From contig JADLDQ010000320.1 in the NCBI GenBank assembly GCA_020846575.1, forward strand, positions 1 to 37,787: a stretch of DNA of 37,787 nucleotides. Reading direction: 5' to 3'. Of the stretch, positions 16,882-26,544 are shown one piece after another (the stretch's first letter is position 1; every line of letters begins with the position of its first letter). This DNA is from Burkholderiales bacterium. Lineage in GTDB: Bacteria > Pseudomonadota > Gammaproteobacteria > Burkholderiales > SG8-39. The translations under genes were made by a program, and so were the position numbers. Under the pieces are notes generated by a model. It was not told where the DNA came from. It searched no databases and saw only the letters and a list, made by a program, of their open reading frames with translations.

Positions 16882-16890
16882 GGGGTGACG

Positions 16891-17187
16891 ATGAGTAAGA
16901 CCCGCTGCCCGACGCATCCCGGTGCCATCCTGCGCGAAGACACGCTGCCCGCCCTGGGCCTGTCGGTGGCCGCGTTCGCGCGGGCGCTGGGGGTGTCGCG
17001 CCAGATGCTCCACGGCATCCTCGCCGAGCGCGCCTCGGTGACCCCGGAGATGGCGCTGCGCCTGGGGGCATTCCTCGGCAACGGGCCGCAGCTGTGGATC
17101 GATCTGCAGGTGCGCCACGCTCTGTGGCAGGCCGAGCGGCGCATGAGCGGGCGCCTGCCCAAGGCGCACGAGGCGCGCGCGGCTTGA
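16891..17187 (+). CDS. higA: HigA antitoxin (XRE-family HTH)
   Basis: HPGAILREDTLPALGLSVAAFARALGVSRQMLHGILAERASVTPEMALRLGAFLGNGPQLWIDLQ is the HigA/VapI HTH signature. ATG 16891 is preceded by GAGGGG; GTG 16885 is also possible. Confidence 0.9.
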   Translation: MSKTRCPTHPGAILREDTLPALGLSVAAFARALGVSRQMLHGILAERASVTPEMALRLGAFLGNGPQLWIDLQVRHALWQAERRMSGRLPKAHEARAA

Positions 17188-17330
17188 ACGAGGCACAGGA
17201 GGATGCGTCTCGCTCTCGTAGCCGATTCCCTCGGAGCCGCCGGCCACCCGTGCCGCCGGTCGAGAAGGCGCACTCGCCAATCTCAGCTTCCCTCGGGCAG
17301 CCCGCAGCGGCGCAATCCGTCGAGGCAGGC

Positions 17331-17639
17331 GGCGAGTACGCGCGTATCGAGCGCGCTGCCGCCCCCGATGTAGTCACTGTTGCCGAATCGGGGTTCCCCG
17401 GCTTCGAGGCGATCGCCTGGTTCGGCCTGCTCGCGCCCGCCGCGACGCCCCAGCCGGTGCTGCGATAGGTCCACCAGGACGCGGTGAAGGCGCTGGCGCT
17501 GGAAGGCGTGCGCTCCAAGCTCGCAGCCGCCGGACTCGAGGTGGCAGGCGGCACGCCGCAGGAATTCGCCGCGCGCAGCCGCGAGGAAATCGTCGACAAG
17601 GGTAAGCTCGTCGCCGTGTCCGGGGCGAAGCCCGACTGA
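17331..17639 (+). pseudogene. 3'-terminal remnant of a Bug-family gene with an in-frame stop
   Basis: ...PDVVTVAESGFPGFEAIAWFGLLAPAATPQPVLR, then TAG at 17466-17468, then VHQDAVKALALEGVRSKLAAAGLEVAGGTPQEFAARSREEIVDKGKLVAVSGAKPD*. This is the conserved Bug C-terminal third; the N-terminal two-thirds are missing. Confidence 0.75.
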
Positions 17640-17699
17640 GCTTGCATCGGTTTCCTCCCCGGGGGAAGACCGCGCGGGCCTGGATCAGTCCGCCGGCAG

Positions 17700-17890
17700 G
17701 AATGCCGCAACTTCTGCGGCGCCTGCCTGATGTCGGCCCCCTCGGCGTCCGGCAGCGCAACCGGGAAGTCCTTGATCCAGGTCGCGATCGGGGTGCCGGC
17801 GCCTCCGATCAGGTTGTCGGTCACTGCGCGCACGACGGCGACGAACCTGTTGCGGATGACTTCCAGGGTGCTCGAATCGACCCTCGATCT
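17700..17890 (-). pseudogene. Possible N-terminal remnant of a hydantoinase-B/oxoprolinase-family gene
   Basis: Reverse-strand reading with high GC3: SSTLEVIRNRFVAVVRAVTDNLIGGAGTPIATWIKDFPVALPDAEGA. It resembles the remembered HyuB N-terminus (TLEVIRN.L..I.EEM...L.R.A.S..I.E..DFS.AL.D..G). No start codon is present and nothing continues downstream. Confidence 0.3.
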
Positions 17891-17989
17891 GCCGGCATGC
17901 CGACTCGCTCACTCCACGACGCCGGTGACCGGCGCCTGCGGTGGTGTCCACCCGGACAGGGAAACCACGCTGCCGAGCGCGCCTGCCTT

Positions 17990-18474
17990 CCGAAGGTATC
18001 GCCGCTTTGCAGCCACATGTGGCCGGGTAAGCGCGCGGATGTGACCAGCCTCCTTGCCGTGCTCGAGCGCCTGCGCACGCAGTTCAAGGTGGGCGAAGTG
18101 TGCATCGTCGCCGACCGCTGCATGATCGGCGCGGCCGCGATCGAGCCAATCAAGGCGCGCGGCTGGCGCTCTATCCCGGGGGTTCGCATGCGTCGCACGC
18201 GCGCAGCCAACGAACAGCTACTCGCGCGGGCCGGGCGCTTTGAGCAGGTCTACGCAAACAACGACGACCTCAAGGCGCCTTCGCCCTTGAAGGTCAAGGA
18301 AGTGTGGGTCGAGGACCGCCGCTACGTCGTGTGCGTGAACGAAGGCGTCTGCAGCCGGTCGACCTGACGCTCAACGCCAAGGGCTACCGGCTGCGCACCG
18401 ATACCGCGGGCTGCCTCGCCAAAGTGTTCCAGGCCTGTGGCGTTGCGCTACCCCGGCAATCGGGGCCTTCATGA
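17990..18474 (+). mobile_element. IS1634-like (IS4-superfamily) transposase remnant, 5'-truncated and internally deleted
   Basis: WPGKRADVTSLLAVLERLRTQFKVGEVCIVADRCMIGAAAIEPIKARGWRSIPGVRMRR matches the remembered IS1634 DDE region (GN..D..T....L..L........VVADRGM.S.......E..G..YI.GVR.R). After a frame jump near 18349, a typical C-terminal tail follows: LQPVDLTLNAKGYRLRTDTAGCLAKVFQACGVALP. I recognised no terminal inverted repeats. Confidence 0.6.
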
Positions 18475-18727
18475 GAAAGACTCACCACCGCCCGTTCCTC
18501 GCCAAACGGCGTGACATGACACGTCCGCGACGCCTTGACCCGATTGGATTTCCGAGACCTTCAAGAACAAACTGTCGAAGATGGGTCAAGGCGAAGGCGT
18601 CGTGCGGCACGCTCAGCCGGATACCCGCTGCCGAGGGGCGCCGGGGCCGGAACATCGACGCCCCTTGTCGGAGCGGACCCGCGGCCGCGCGCTATCATCC
18701 CGGCTCCTCCTGTTCCGGCATGAAATC

Positions 18728-20128
<1,401 letters not shown>

Positions 20129-20378
20129 ACGCGCGGCGCGCCGCGCGCAGCTTCCACTCCGATCCGGGTCGAACGCGGCGCCGGGCCTGTGGGCTGAGGG
20201 TCAGCCGTGTGCGGCGGAATGCCGCGGCCTCCGCCTTGCGAGCTCGCAGCGGAGGGCCTCGCGAGGGAGAAGCGCGCCCAGGCATCGTTCCCGGCGGGCG
20301 AACATGGACAGATGGATTTCGATCTGCGCGGCCTTGCCGTGGCCCCGCGCTTGCCCGCGCAGGGCGGCGCGCGCGGCC

Positions 20379-21332
20379 TCAGCGCTGCACGCGGTTCACC
20401 ATCGCCTCCAAGCGCCCTTCGATGAAGCAGCGGATGTTCTTCTCCAGGATGGGCAGGTTGAGCAGGTGGTTCACGTCGCTGCCCCCGGCGATGTTGGGCG
20501 TGACGAGCACGTTCTCCATCCGCCACAGCGGATGGTCCGGCGCCAGCGGCAAGCGCGCGAAGTGGTCCAGCCCGGCACCGGCGATGCGCCTGTTCCTCAG
20601 CGCCTCGATCAGCGCCTGCTCGTCGCACACCACGCCGCGCCCGATGTTGACGAGATAGGCCGTGGGCTTCATCGCGGCGAAGAACTTCGCGTCCAGGAGG
20701 CCGATGTTCGGCGGCGTGGCGGGCAGAAGGACGACCACGTAATCGGCCCGCGCCGCGCAGGCGAGCAGGTCCGAGCGCGGGTGGATGCGGTCGAACCCGG
20801 GCACCTCGCGCGGCGTGGCCGAGACGCCCAGCACCGTCATGCCGAAGGCCTTGCAGCGCGGCGCGAGCGCCTCGGCGATGGCGCCCACGCCCAGGATCAG
20901 GACCGTCTTTCCCGCCAGGCGGATCTGCGTCCAGCGCTCCCACCGGCCGGCCTTCTGGTTCTCCCAGAAGCGAAGCGCATTGCGCGACAGGTTCAGCATG
21001 TGCATGAACGCGGTCTCTGACATCTGCGGGCCGTGGATACCGGTATTGGAGGTGATGACCACCTGCCTTGCGAGCGTCTTCAGGTCGACGATGGCGTCGG
21101 TGCCGGTGGTGAGAGCCTGGATCCACTTGAGCTTCGGGGCCGCCGCGAGCAGCTCGTCGTCGAACACCGCGTGGGTTCCCTTCGCGAAGATGGCCTGCGC
21201 ATCGACGAGCGCGGCTGCCTTCACCTCCCTGCGCTCGGGAAAGGCGCGGAACTCCAGTTCCAGAAAACCGGGGGCGAGGCGCGAGCGGTAGAAACCGGCG
21301 AATTCGTCGATGATGACGATGGGCGTGGGCAT
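20379..21332 (-). CDS. D-isomer-specific 2-hydroxyacid dehydrogenase family protein (NAD-binding)
   Basis: 317 aa. GKTVLILGVGAIAEALA is the GxGxxG nucleotide fold. NIGRG..CDE..L..AL and AGAGLDHF fit the family catalytic Arg/Glu/His layout. Confidence 0.88.
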   Translation of the reverse strand: MPTPIVIIDEFAGFYRSRLAPGFLELEFRAFPERREVKAAALVDAQAIFAKGTHAVFDDELLAAAPKLKWIQALTTGTDAIVDLKTLARQVVITSNTGIHGPQMSETAFMHMLNLSRNALRFWENQKAGRWERWTQIRLAGKTVLILGVGAIAEALAPRCKAFGMTVLGVSATPREVPGFDRIHPRSDLLACAARADYVVVLLPATPPNIGLLDAKFFAAMKPTAYLVNIGRGVVCDEQALIEALRNRRIAGAGLDHFARLPLAPDHPLWRMENVLVTPNIAGGSDVNHLLNLPILEKNIRCFIEGRLEAMVNRVQR

Positions 21333-21425
21333 GGCTCGGGGAGATCCTGCGGGAAAGTGTGGAGTGGCTGCTGCGAGCGGCGCTGCGTTACACCGGAAGT
21401 GTCGCGGTTGCGCGCGGCGAGTCGC

Positions 21426-22190
21426 TCAGTCGGTCCGGAATCGCGAAAAATCCGGCGCGCGTTTCTCCAGGAAGGCGCTCATCGCCTCTTTCGCCTCGGG
21501 CGAACCGAGCCGCTCGGCGAACAGGCGCGCCTCCTCCGCAATGCGCGCGCCGAGCGCCTCGCGGCCGGCGGCTTTCAGGAGTCTTTTCGTGAGGCGTATC
21601 GATTCCGGCGGCAGCGCGGCGAGCGCTGCGGCGGCCCGCTGCGCCTCCTCGAAGAGAGTCTCCTCCGGGAAGATCGCGTTGACGATGCCGGCCTCCTTCG
21701 CCTCTTCCGCGGTAAAGGGACGGCCGAGGAGCAGCAGCTCCGCGGCGCGCTGGTAGCCGGCGAGCAGCGGCAGAAGCAGGCTCGAGCCGAATTCCGGCAC
21801 CAGGCCCAGCGGTACGAAGGGAAGCCGGAAGCGCGCGCCGGGCGCCGCGTACACGAGGTCGCAGTGCAGCAGCAGCGTGGTGCCGATGCCGACCGCCGGG
21901 CCGCCGACCGCCGCGACCACCGGCTTGTCCAGCCCGGGCAGCACCTCGAACAGATCGAACGCCGGCGATCGATCACCTGCCTTTCGCGCGAGGAATTCCG
22001 ACACGTCGTTGCCCGAGGTGAAGCACTCGCGGCTGCCGTGCAGCAGCAGCGCGCGCACCTGCGGGCTCCTGTCCGCCGCGGCGAGGGCCGCGGCGAGGCG
22101 GGCGTACATGTCGGCGGTCAAGGCGTTCTTCTTCTCGGGTCGGGCGATCTCGATGCGGGTGACACCCTTTTCGGCCGTCACGTGTATCAA
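21426..22190 (-). CDS. Enoyl-CoA hydratase/isomerase (crotonase) family protein
   Basis: ...ITLNRPEKKNALT-like block (RIEIARPEKKNALTADMYARL), FTSGNDVSEF, and GPAVGIGTTLLLHCDLVYA (oxyanion-hole region). TTG start 22190 overlaps the upstream stop (TTGA), with GGAGGAGGA just upstream. The 216 N-terminal codons of listed ORF 21426..22838 are an out-of-frame overlap with the MetF domain and are rejected. Confidence 0.88.
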   Translation of the reverse strand: MIHVTAEKGVTRIEIARPEKKNALTADMYARLAAALAAADRSPQVRALLLHGSRECFTSGNDVSEFLARKAGDRSPAFDLFEVLPGLDKPVVAAVGGPAVGIGTTLLLHCDLVYAAPGARFRLPFVPLGLVPEFGSSLLLPLLAGYQRAAELLLLGRPFTAEEAKEAGIVNAIFPEETLFEEAQRAAAALAALPPESIRLTKRLLKAAGREALGARIAEEARLFAERLGSPEAKEAMSAFLEKRAPDFSRFRTD

Positions 22191-23866
22191 AAGTCCTCCT
22201 CCCCGCCCCCAAGCGCGGCCCTTTCCGCCCGCCGCGCCGCGATGCGCTCGGTGAGTATCCCCGACTCCTCGATGATCTCCCCCACGAGGTGTTCGCGCCG
22301 GTAGGCCATCACGTGCACGCCGGCCACGCCCTCGATCTCGCGGATCTGCCGGATGATCTCGATGCAGATCTTCTTGCCTTCCTCCGCCGGCCTCCCCGAC
22401 TTCTCGATGCGCTCGATGAGCGCGTCCGGAATATGGATGCCGGGGACGTTGCTGCGCATCCAGCGCGCGGTCTTCGGCGAAGGGAGCGGCCCCACGCCCG
22501 CCAGGATGAACACTTCCCGATGCACGCCCATGTCGCGTATGCGTGCCATGAAGCGCCGGAACAGTTCCACGTCGAACACGTAGTTGGTCTGGATGAAATC
22601 GGCGCCGGCCTCCACTTTCTTCGCCAGCCGGTCGGCGCGCAGCTCGTAGGGCGGGATGCAGGGGTTCTCCGCCGCGCCGAGGAACACCCGCGGCGGCGTG
22701 GTGATGGCGCGGCCGGAGAGGAAGCGCTGTTCGTCGCGCATGGTCTTCAACGCCCGCAGCAGCGACATGCAGTCGAAGTCGAACACCGGCTTCGCTCCCG
22801 GCTGGTCGCCCACCGCCACCCCGTCGCCGGTGAGGCACAGCACGTTCGAGACGCCCATGGCGGCCGCACCCAGCACGTCGCCCTGGATGGCGATGCGGTT
22901 GCGGTCGCGGCAGGAGATCTGCAACACCACCCCCAGCCCGGCGCGCGACAGGATGGAGGAGATGCCCATGGAGGACATGTGGCAGTTGGCGCCCGAGGCA
23001 TCGGTGGCGTTGATCGCGTCCACCACGTCCTGCAACGGCTCGGCGGCGGCCAGCACGTCGCGCGGGTCGGCCGAATCCGGCGGGTTGAGCTCGGCGGTCA
23101 CCGCGAACCAGCCCTTGCGCAGCGTGTGCTCCAGGCTGGACGCGGACCTGTAGCCCGGCGGCGGCGCGGGCGGCGCGTGTACGATCGGGTCATAGGGCGC
23201 CGGTGCGAGGAAAGGGCGCGGGGCTTCGCCCTCGCTTGCCGCGGCGCCCGGGACCGGCGCGTAGTGGCGCGGCTGCGCCGTCGAAGGCTGGCCGGGCGTG
23301 GCCGCGCGTGGCTCGAGCGCGAGCGGCGCGGTCGCGGGCTCGATGGTGCGCGCCTGCGGGAACGCCCGTGCGATCGCCGCTTTCCTCGGTTCGGGCTGCG
23401 CGCCGGGGCTGCGCGCCGCCGCCGCCTTCTCGCGCGCCACCCGCAGCCACGCCGAGGAGCCGCGCAGCGTCTGGTCCACGGGCGGCTGCACCACGGCGAT
23501 CTTCTGCAGCCCGTACTTCATCCGCCGGGCGCCGTCAAGCGCTTCCACCCACACGCAGCGCATCGCGGGGTTCACCTCGCAGTGCCGGTCCGGCCGCACC
23601 CCGCTGCAGGGCCCGTTGCGCAGGTTCTTGGGGCAGTTCATCGGGCAGGACATGCCGGTGGAGGACAGCACGCACTGGCCGCACATCTTGCAGTCGAACA
23701 GCAGGCCCTTGACGAGCTTCTCCGTGACTGCGAAGGGCGCTTCCAGGCGCTCGTAGCCGATGCGCCGGAACACCGGGTCGAGGGCCACGATCACTCGCTC
23801 GAGCGCGAGGTACAGTTGCTCGAACGCGCTTGCGTGGCGGACGGCGAATCGGCGCAGTGCGTACAT
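22187..23866 (-). CDS. Fusion protein: MetV-like Cys-rich domain (MTHFR C-terminal-type) + Pro/Ala-rich linker + MetF-type methylenetetrahydrofolate reductase TIM barrel
   Basis: Single 559-aa ORF. Residues 59-104 hold eight Cys (CKMCGQCVLSSTGMSCPMNCPKNLRNGPCSGV..HCEV..RCVW). Residues ~146-243 are a low-complexity P/A linker. Residues ~250-545 carry MetF blocks (FAVTAELNPPD, VDAINATD, ISCRDRNRIAIQGDVLGAAAMGVSNVLCLTGD, VFDFD, KKVEAGADFIQTNYVFD). AGGAAGG SD lies before ATG 23866. Confidence 0.85.
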   Translation of the reverse strand: MYALRRFAVRHASAFEQLYLALERVIVALDPVFRRIGYERLEAPFAVTEKLVKGLLFDCKMCGQCVLSSTGMSCPMNCPKNLRNGPCSGVRPDRHCEVNPAMRCVWVEALDGARRMKYGLQKIAVVQPPVDQTLRGSSAWLRVAREKAAAARSPGAQPEPRKAAIARAFPQARTIEPATAPLALEPRAATPGQPSTAQPRHYAPVPGAAASEGEAPRPFLAPAPYDPIVHAPPAPPPGYRSASSLEHTLRKGWFAVTAELNPPDSADPRDVLAAAEPLQDVVDAINATDASGANCHMSSMGISSILSRAGLGVVLQISCRDRNRIAIQGDVLGAAAMGVSNVLCLTGDGVAVGDQPGAKPVFDFDCMSLLRALKTMRDEQRFLSGRAITTPPRVFLGAAENPCIPPYELRADRLAKKVEAGADFIQTNYVFDVELFRRFMARIRDMGVHREVFILAGVGPLPSPKTARWMRSNVPGIHIPDALIERIEKSGRPAEEGKKICIEIIRQIREIEGVAGVHVMAYRREHLVGEIIEESGILTERIAARRAERAALGGGEEDF

Positions 23867-23903
23867 GTGTCCTTCCTGTGTTCGCCCGCTCGCCGGGCGG
23901 GCT

Positions 23904-25658
23904 TCACGCCGTCGCGGGCTGGCTTTCCGTGACCACCCGGGCCGGGGGCCGGTGGGACGCGAAGTAGGCGTCGTGGCCGGCGATGTCGGTGATCCGCGGG
24001 CGCAAGCTCACCGTGGGCCTGCCGCTCTCGCGCCAGGCGGTGAGGAACTTGTCCGCGAGCAGCGGGTTGGTGAAGCGGTAGTCCGACCTGCGGTGCGTGC
24101 CGCGGGTTTCCCGCCGCGCGAGCGCCGATACGAAGATCGCCTCGGCGCAATCCATGAGTTCCATCACCTCGGCCATGCGCATCAGCTCGTGCGCGTTGGC
24201 GCAGCGCACCGTGTCCATGGCGCGGCGCCCGAGGTCGCCCAGGTACTTGAGGCCCGCCGAGAGCAGCGTCTCGGAGCGCACCTCGGCGTTCGCGTAGTCG
24301 CGCATGATCTGCTGCACCATGAAGTTCGCCTCCTTCCACGCGGCGCCCTCGGCGCGCGCGAGGAAGGCCGAGAACTGGCTGCGGCGCAGTTCGAAGAGCG
24401 CGCTGTCCTCCACCCGCTCGGCCGGCGACAGCGCGCGCAGGTCCCGCGCCGCGGCCTCGCCCGCGATGTGCCCGAAGGTCGCGGCGCCCGCCATGTCGGC
24501 GCGGAAGTTGCCCACGGCGTCGCCGGCCGCGTACAGACCCTGCACGCGCGTGCGCGCATGCAGGTCGATCTCGGGGCCCCGGCCGATGAGAAACGGCTGG
24601 TACTGCATGAATTCCAGGCGATGGCGGCGCAGGTCCACCCCTTCCTTGCCCATGAGATTCACCAGGGCGGTGTTGCCTTCCTCCTTCAGACCCCACATCA
24701 TGTACTCGATGTCGGCCGGGTCGGTGGCGGTGCAGTCCATGTAGGCGGGCCCTTCGCCGGACTTCATCACGTCGCCGAACACCGAGTTCCACACGTCCGC
24801 GGTGATGTCGCCCAGCCACTTGTCGGCCTTGGTGATGAACGGACCCAGCGGTTTGCCGTCCGGACCGGTGATCACGCCGATGAAAGTCGCCTTGCCGGCC
24901 CGCTCCAGGTACTTCACCCCGGCGTGCAGATTGGGAAATTCCATGTTCGCCAGTTTCGCGCCGCTGCGCCAGGCGATCGCCTGGGTGTTGCCGGTGCAGG
25001 CCGGGCACCACGCGGTGTTGAACAGCAGCGAAGGCGCGGGCGAGGGGTAAAGGCGAATCGCCGAGCCGCCCGCGAGCACGACCGCCGCGGTGCGCACCAG
25101 GCGCAGCCGCGGCTGCACGCTGCTCACGTCCAGGCCGATGGCGCCGATCACCCGGCCTTTCTCCACCACCACGTCGACGATGGGCAGGTAGTTCACGGTT
25201 CGCACGCCCAGCTTCTTCGCAGCGCGCGTCAGCGCCAGCTTCTGGTTGCTGCCCGCGTACTTGAGCCAGATGCGCGGCCGGCCGGGGAAGGCGTGACCGC
25301 AGAACGACCACTCGCCGGTGGGCCGCATGTCGATGCCGAAACTCTCCCAGTCGCGCGCGCGGTCGAAGGACTGCTCGAGAAACTTGCGCGACAGCGGCGT
25401 GTCGTGAAAGCCGCCGATCTGGCTGGCGAGCAGCTCCTTGAGTATCGGTTCGATGTCCGGCCCGTGCTTTTCCGGTATGTAGCACATGAAGTGGTCGTTG
25501 CCGGTCGCACCCGAGCCGCTGCGCAGGGCGTGCGCCTTCTCGGCGACCACCACCTTCGCGCCCTGGCGCGCCGCGCCGATGGCGGCCATCAGGCCCGCCA
25601 TGCCGCCGCCGGCGACCAGTACGTCGCATTGGAGGACGCCAGGGTCGATCTCGATCAT
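23904..25658 (-). CDS. FAD-dependent oxidoreductase of the SdhA/FrdA/NadB/AprA flavoprotein superfamily
   Basis: 584 aa from internal ATG 25658. It has the Rossmann motif DVLVAGGGMAGLMAAIGAARQGAKVVVAEK, plus GLYAAGD and the C-terminal RRETRGTHRRSDY block (the R.E.RG.H signature of this superfamily). The upstream 65 codons of the listed ORF are Arg/Cys-rich shadow. Confidence 0.85.
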   Translation of the reverse strand: MIEIDPGVLQCDVLVAGGGMAGLMAAIGAARQGAKVVVAEKAHALRSGSGATGNDHFMCYIPEKHGPDIEPILKELLASQIGGFHDTPLSRKFLEQSFDRARDWESFGIDMRPTGEWSFCGHAFPGRPRIWLKYAGSNQKLALTRAAKKLGVRTVNYLPIVDVVVEKGRVIGAIGLDVSSVQPRLRLVRTAAVVLAGGSAIRLYPSPAPSLLFNTAWCPACTGNTQAIAWRSGAKLANMEFPNLHAGVKYLERAGKATFIGVITGPDGKPLGPFITKADKWLGDITADVWNSVFGDVMKSGEGPAYMDCTATDPADIEYMMWGLKEEGNTALVNLMGKEGVDLRRHRLEFMQYQPFLIGRGPEIDLHARTRVQGLYAAGDAVGNFRADMAGAATFGHIAGEAAARDLRALSPAERVEDSALFELRRSQFSAFLARAEGAAWKEANFMVQQIMRDYANAEVRSETLLSAGLKYLGDLGRRAMDTVRCANAHELMRMAEVMELMDCAEAIFVSALARRETRGTHRRSDYRFTNPLLADKFLTAWRESGRPTVSLRPRITDIAGHDAYFASHRPPARVVTESQPATA

Positions 25659-25698
25659 GATCGGGTTCCCGTTGCGGTGGCGGTGTTGCGCCCGGCGA

Positions 25699-26010
25699 TT
25701 ACTCGCGGGGCATCTCCCAGGCCGACTCCGGGTGATTGCCCAGATGGTCCCCGACGATGTCGTAGGGCGAGCCACGCGGCGCCGAAGGGTCGATCCACAG
25801 CAGCTGCATCTGCAGCGGCACGCGCAGCTCGATCCCCTTGTGACCGTTCTCACCCGGACAGTCGAGCACGCAGGCGTCGCAGTACCAGCATTCTTCGGGA
25901 TACAGAACCTGCGGGACGCGGTGGTCCTTGTGATGGCTGAAGACGTCGCAGGGGCAGATCGCGGCGCAGATCCCGCAGCCGTTGCAGTGGCGATTGAAAA
26001 CCGGCGGCAT
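25699..26010 (-). CDS. 2x[4Fe-4S] ferredoxin, AprB-like
   Basis: CNGCGICAAICPCDV and CWYCDACVLDCP are two cluster-binding motifs. The CW.C..CV..CP block resembles the adenylylsulfate-reductase beta subunit. ATG 26010 has GGAG 6 nt upstream; ATG 26022 is an alternative start. Confidence 0.8.
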   Translation of the reverse strand: MPPVFNRHCNGCGICAAICPCDVFSHHKDHRVPQVLYPEECWYCDACVLDCPGENGHKGIELRVPLQMQLLWIDPSAPRGSPYDIVGDHLGNHPESAWEMPRE

Positions 26011-26199
26011 GCGCAGCTCCATGCGCCTCACGGGCGGCGCGAAAGTCGGCGACCCGCGCACCTTGCCCGAGCGCTGCGGTGGGTGTTTGACGCAGATCAA
26101 GGCGCCACGACGGCGCGGCCGCGCCCGGGGCGACGCGCGCCATGATTAAATCGCTTCTGGTCCGCGCCGTACGGGGCCTACGCCAAGAGGAGGGTAGCC

Positions 26200-26544
26200 A
26201 TGGACATCGAATCCGAATCGCTGGGTGACAAGACCGTGCGCATTATCCTTACTGGACGCATGGACGTGCAGGGCGCCCAGGAAATCGACGCGCGCTTCAA
26301 CGCGATGACCGCGATCGACGGCGGCCGCTGCCTGGTGGACATGGCGGGCGTGAGCTTTCTCGCCTCCATCGGTATCCGCACGCTGCTGATCTCGGCCAAG
26401 GCGCTCAAGGCGCGCGGCGGGCGCCTGGTGCTCGTGAACCCGGACGCGAACGTCACCAAGGTCCTGCAGACCTCGGGCGTGGATACCCTGATCCCGGTCT
26501 ACGGCGAGCTGCGGGCGGCGCTCGCGGCCGTCTCGACGCCTTGA
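26200..26544 (+). CDS. STAS-domain anti-sigma-factor antagonist (SpoIIAA/RsbV-like)
   Basis: 114 aa with AGGAGGG SD. LVDMAGVSFLASIGIRTLL contains the conserved phosphorylatable Ser position (S56, codon 26365-26367). Confidence 0.9.
   Translation: MDIESESLGDKTVRIILTGRMDVQGAQEIDARFNAMTAIDGGRCLVDMAGVSFLASIGIRTLLISAKALKARGGRLVLVNPDANVTKVLQTSGVDTLIPVYGELRAALAAVSTP

Noticed and set aside
21426-22838. Treating the whole 470-aa ORF as the crotonase gene
   Set aside because: The first ~216 codons overlap the MetF domain in another frame and are Arg/Gly/His-rich. The crotonase fold begins right after TTG 22190, which has an SD and overlaps the upstream stop.
23760-25940. 726-aa plus-strand ORF and the 612-aa alternative minus-frame ORF (23791..25629) over the flavoprotein gene
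   Set aside because: They have no motifs and extreme Arg/Ala/Gly content. The third reading (23904..25658) carries the Rossmann FAD motif and the R.E.RG.H block, so that frame is the real one.
23904-26010. Calling the flavoprotein/ferredoxin pair a genuine adenylylsulfate reductase (dissimilatory sulfur metabolism)
   Set aside because: Only superfamily-level motifs are visible. No sat, qmo, dsr, sox or sulfate-transport genes are in the window, and the pair is operonic with a MetVF-type gene. I therefore keep the call at AprAB-like.
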